The notes below the pieces were generated by a model. The model saw only the letters and a program-made list of their open reading frames with translations, had not been told where the DNA came from and searched no databases. A stretch of DNA of 64,000 nt, from contig NC_086108.1 in the NCBI RefSeq assembly GCF_963921235.1, positions 744,001 through 808,000 on the forward strand. Reading direction: 5' to 3'. A program made the position numbers and the translations under genes. This document shows, piece by piece, positions 63,591 through 64,000 of the stretch (positions are counted from its first letter, which is position 1; every line of letters begins with the position of its first letter). The DNA comes from Mobula hypostoma (Eukaryota).

Positions 63591-64000
63591 GTGTTTGTGC
63601 ATGTGACCTCCTTTTAGAGAGGCATCCATTAACTTGTCATTATAAAGTATCTATAAAATATAATACAACAGGCCAGTTCTGTAACTGATAGCTTGTTAGG
63701 ATGCTGGAGCAGGAATCCAGTTGCAGACCCAGTACTGTGCACACAGTGATATTAATTGAGTAACAAATCCCGAGGTGCAAACGAAGTCGACATCAAAGTT
63801 CAGGCAGAGATCAGAACATCCAGAGAGATCCAAAAACCAGAATCGGGAAATAGTCAGAGTCGATTTTCAGATGGGCAGAGTACAGATACAAATACTGGAA
63901 AGGCTCAGGAAAATTCCCTGGCACAATCTGGCAGCAATCAGGTGAAAACACAGGACTGAAATACACTGAACAGTAAACAGAGAGGCAGGTGATAGGTGGA

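Noticed and set aside
63694..64000. Segment starting TGTTAG, possibly another LTR
   Set aside because: Cut off by the window end, so neither the far terminus nor a TSD can be checked.
51490..64000. Next PPP1R37 exon (expected VKSFIETQ-like peptide)
   Set aside because: No matching exon found by eye. It is presumably beyond the window. The read-through in ORF 51301..51621 is intron.

Overview
Eukaryotic genomic DNA. The repeat set (CR1 LINEs, V-SINEs, Rex1/Babar, RTE, L1, Penelope-like elements) points to a cartilaginous fish, probably a ray; this is inference. The window lies inside one + strand host gene: seven phase-consistent GT-AG coding exons (950 bp, 3701-51489) encode the leucine-rich-repeat core of PPP1R37 (LRRC68). 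The first and last exons are outside the window. Almost everything else is intronic, deeply nested transposon debris, and many junctions can be resolved by target-site duplications (TSDs). There is also a 4.6 kb (TG)n/(TA)n array. The most notable non-coding signal is a dispersed family of Penelope-derived short inserts carrying a minimal type I hammerhead ribozyme motif (CTGACGA-stem II-GAAACGTC). Two copies with an intact core lie sense to the pre-mRNA in the same intron. No prokaryotic genes, CRISPR arrays, rRNA or genuine tRNA genes were seen. Exon and TSD coordinates were counted directly; outer limits of old repeats are approximate.
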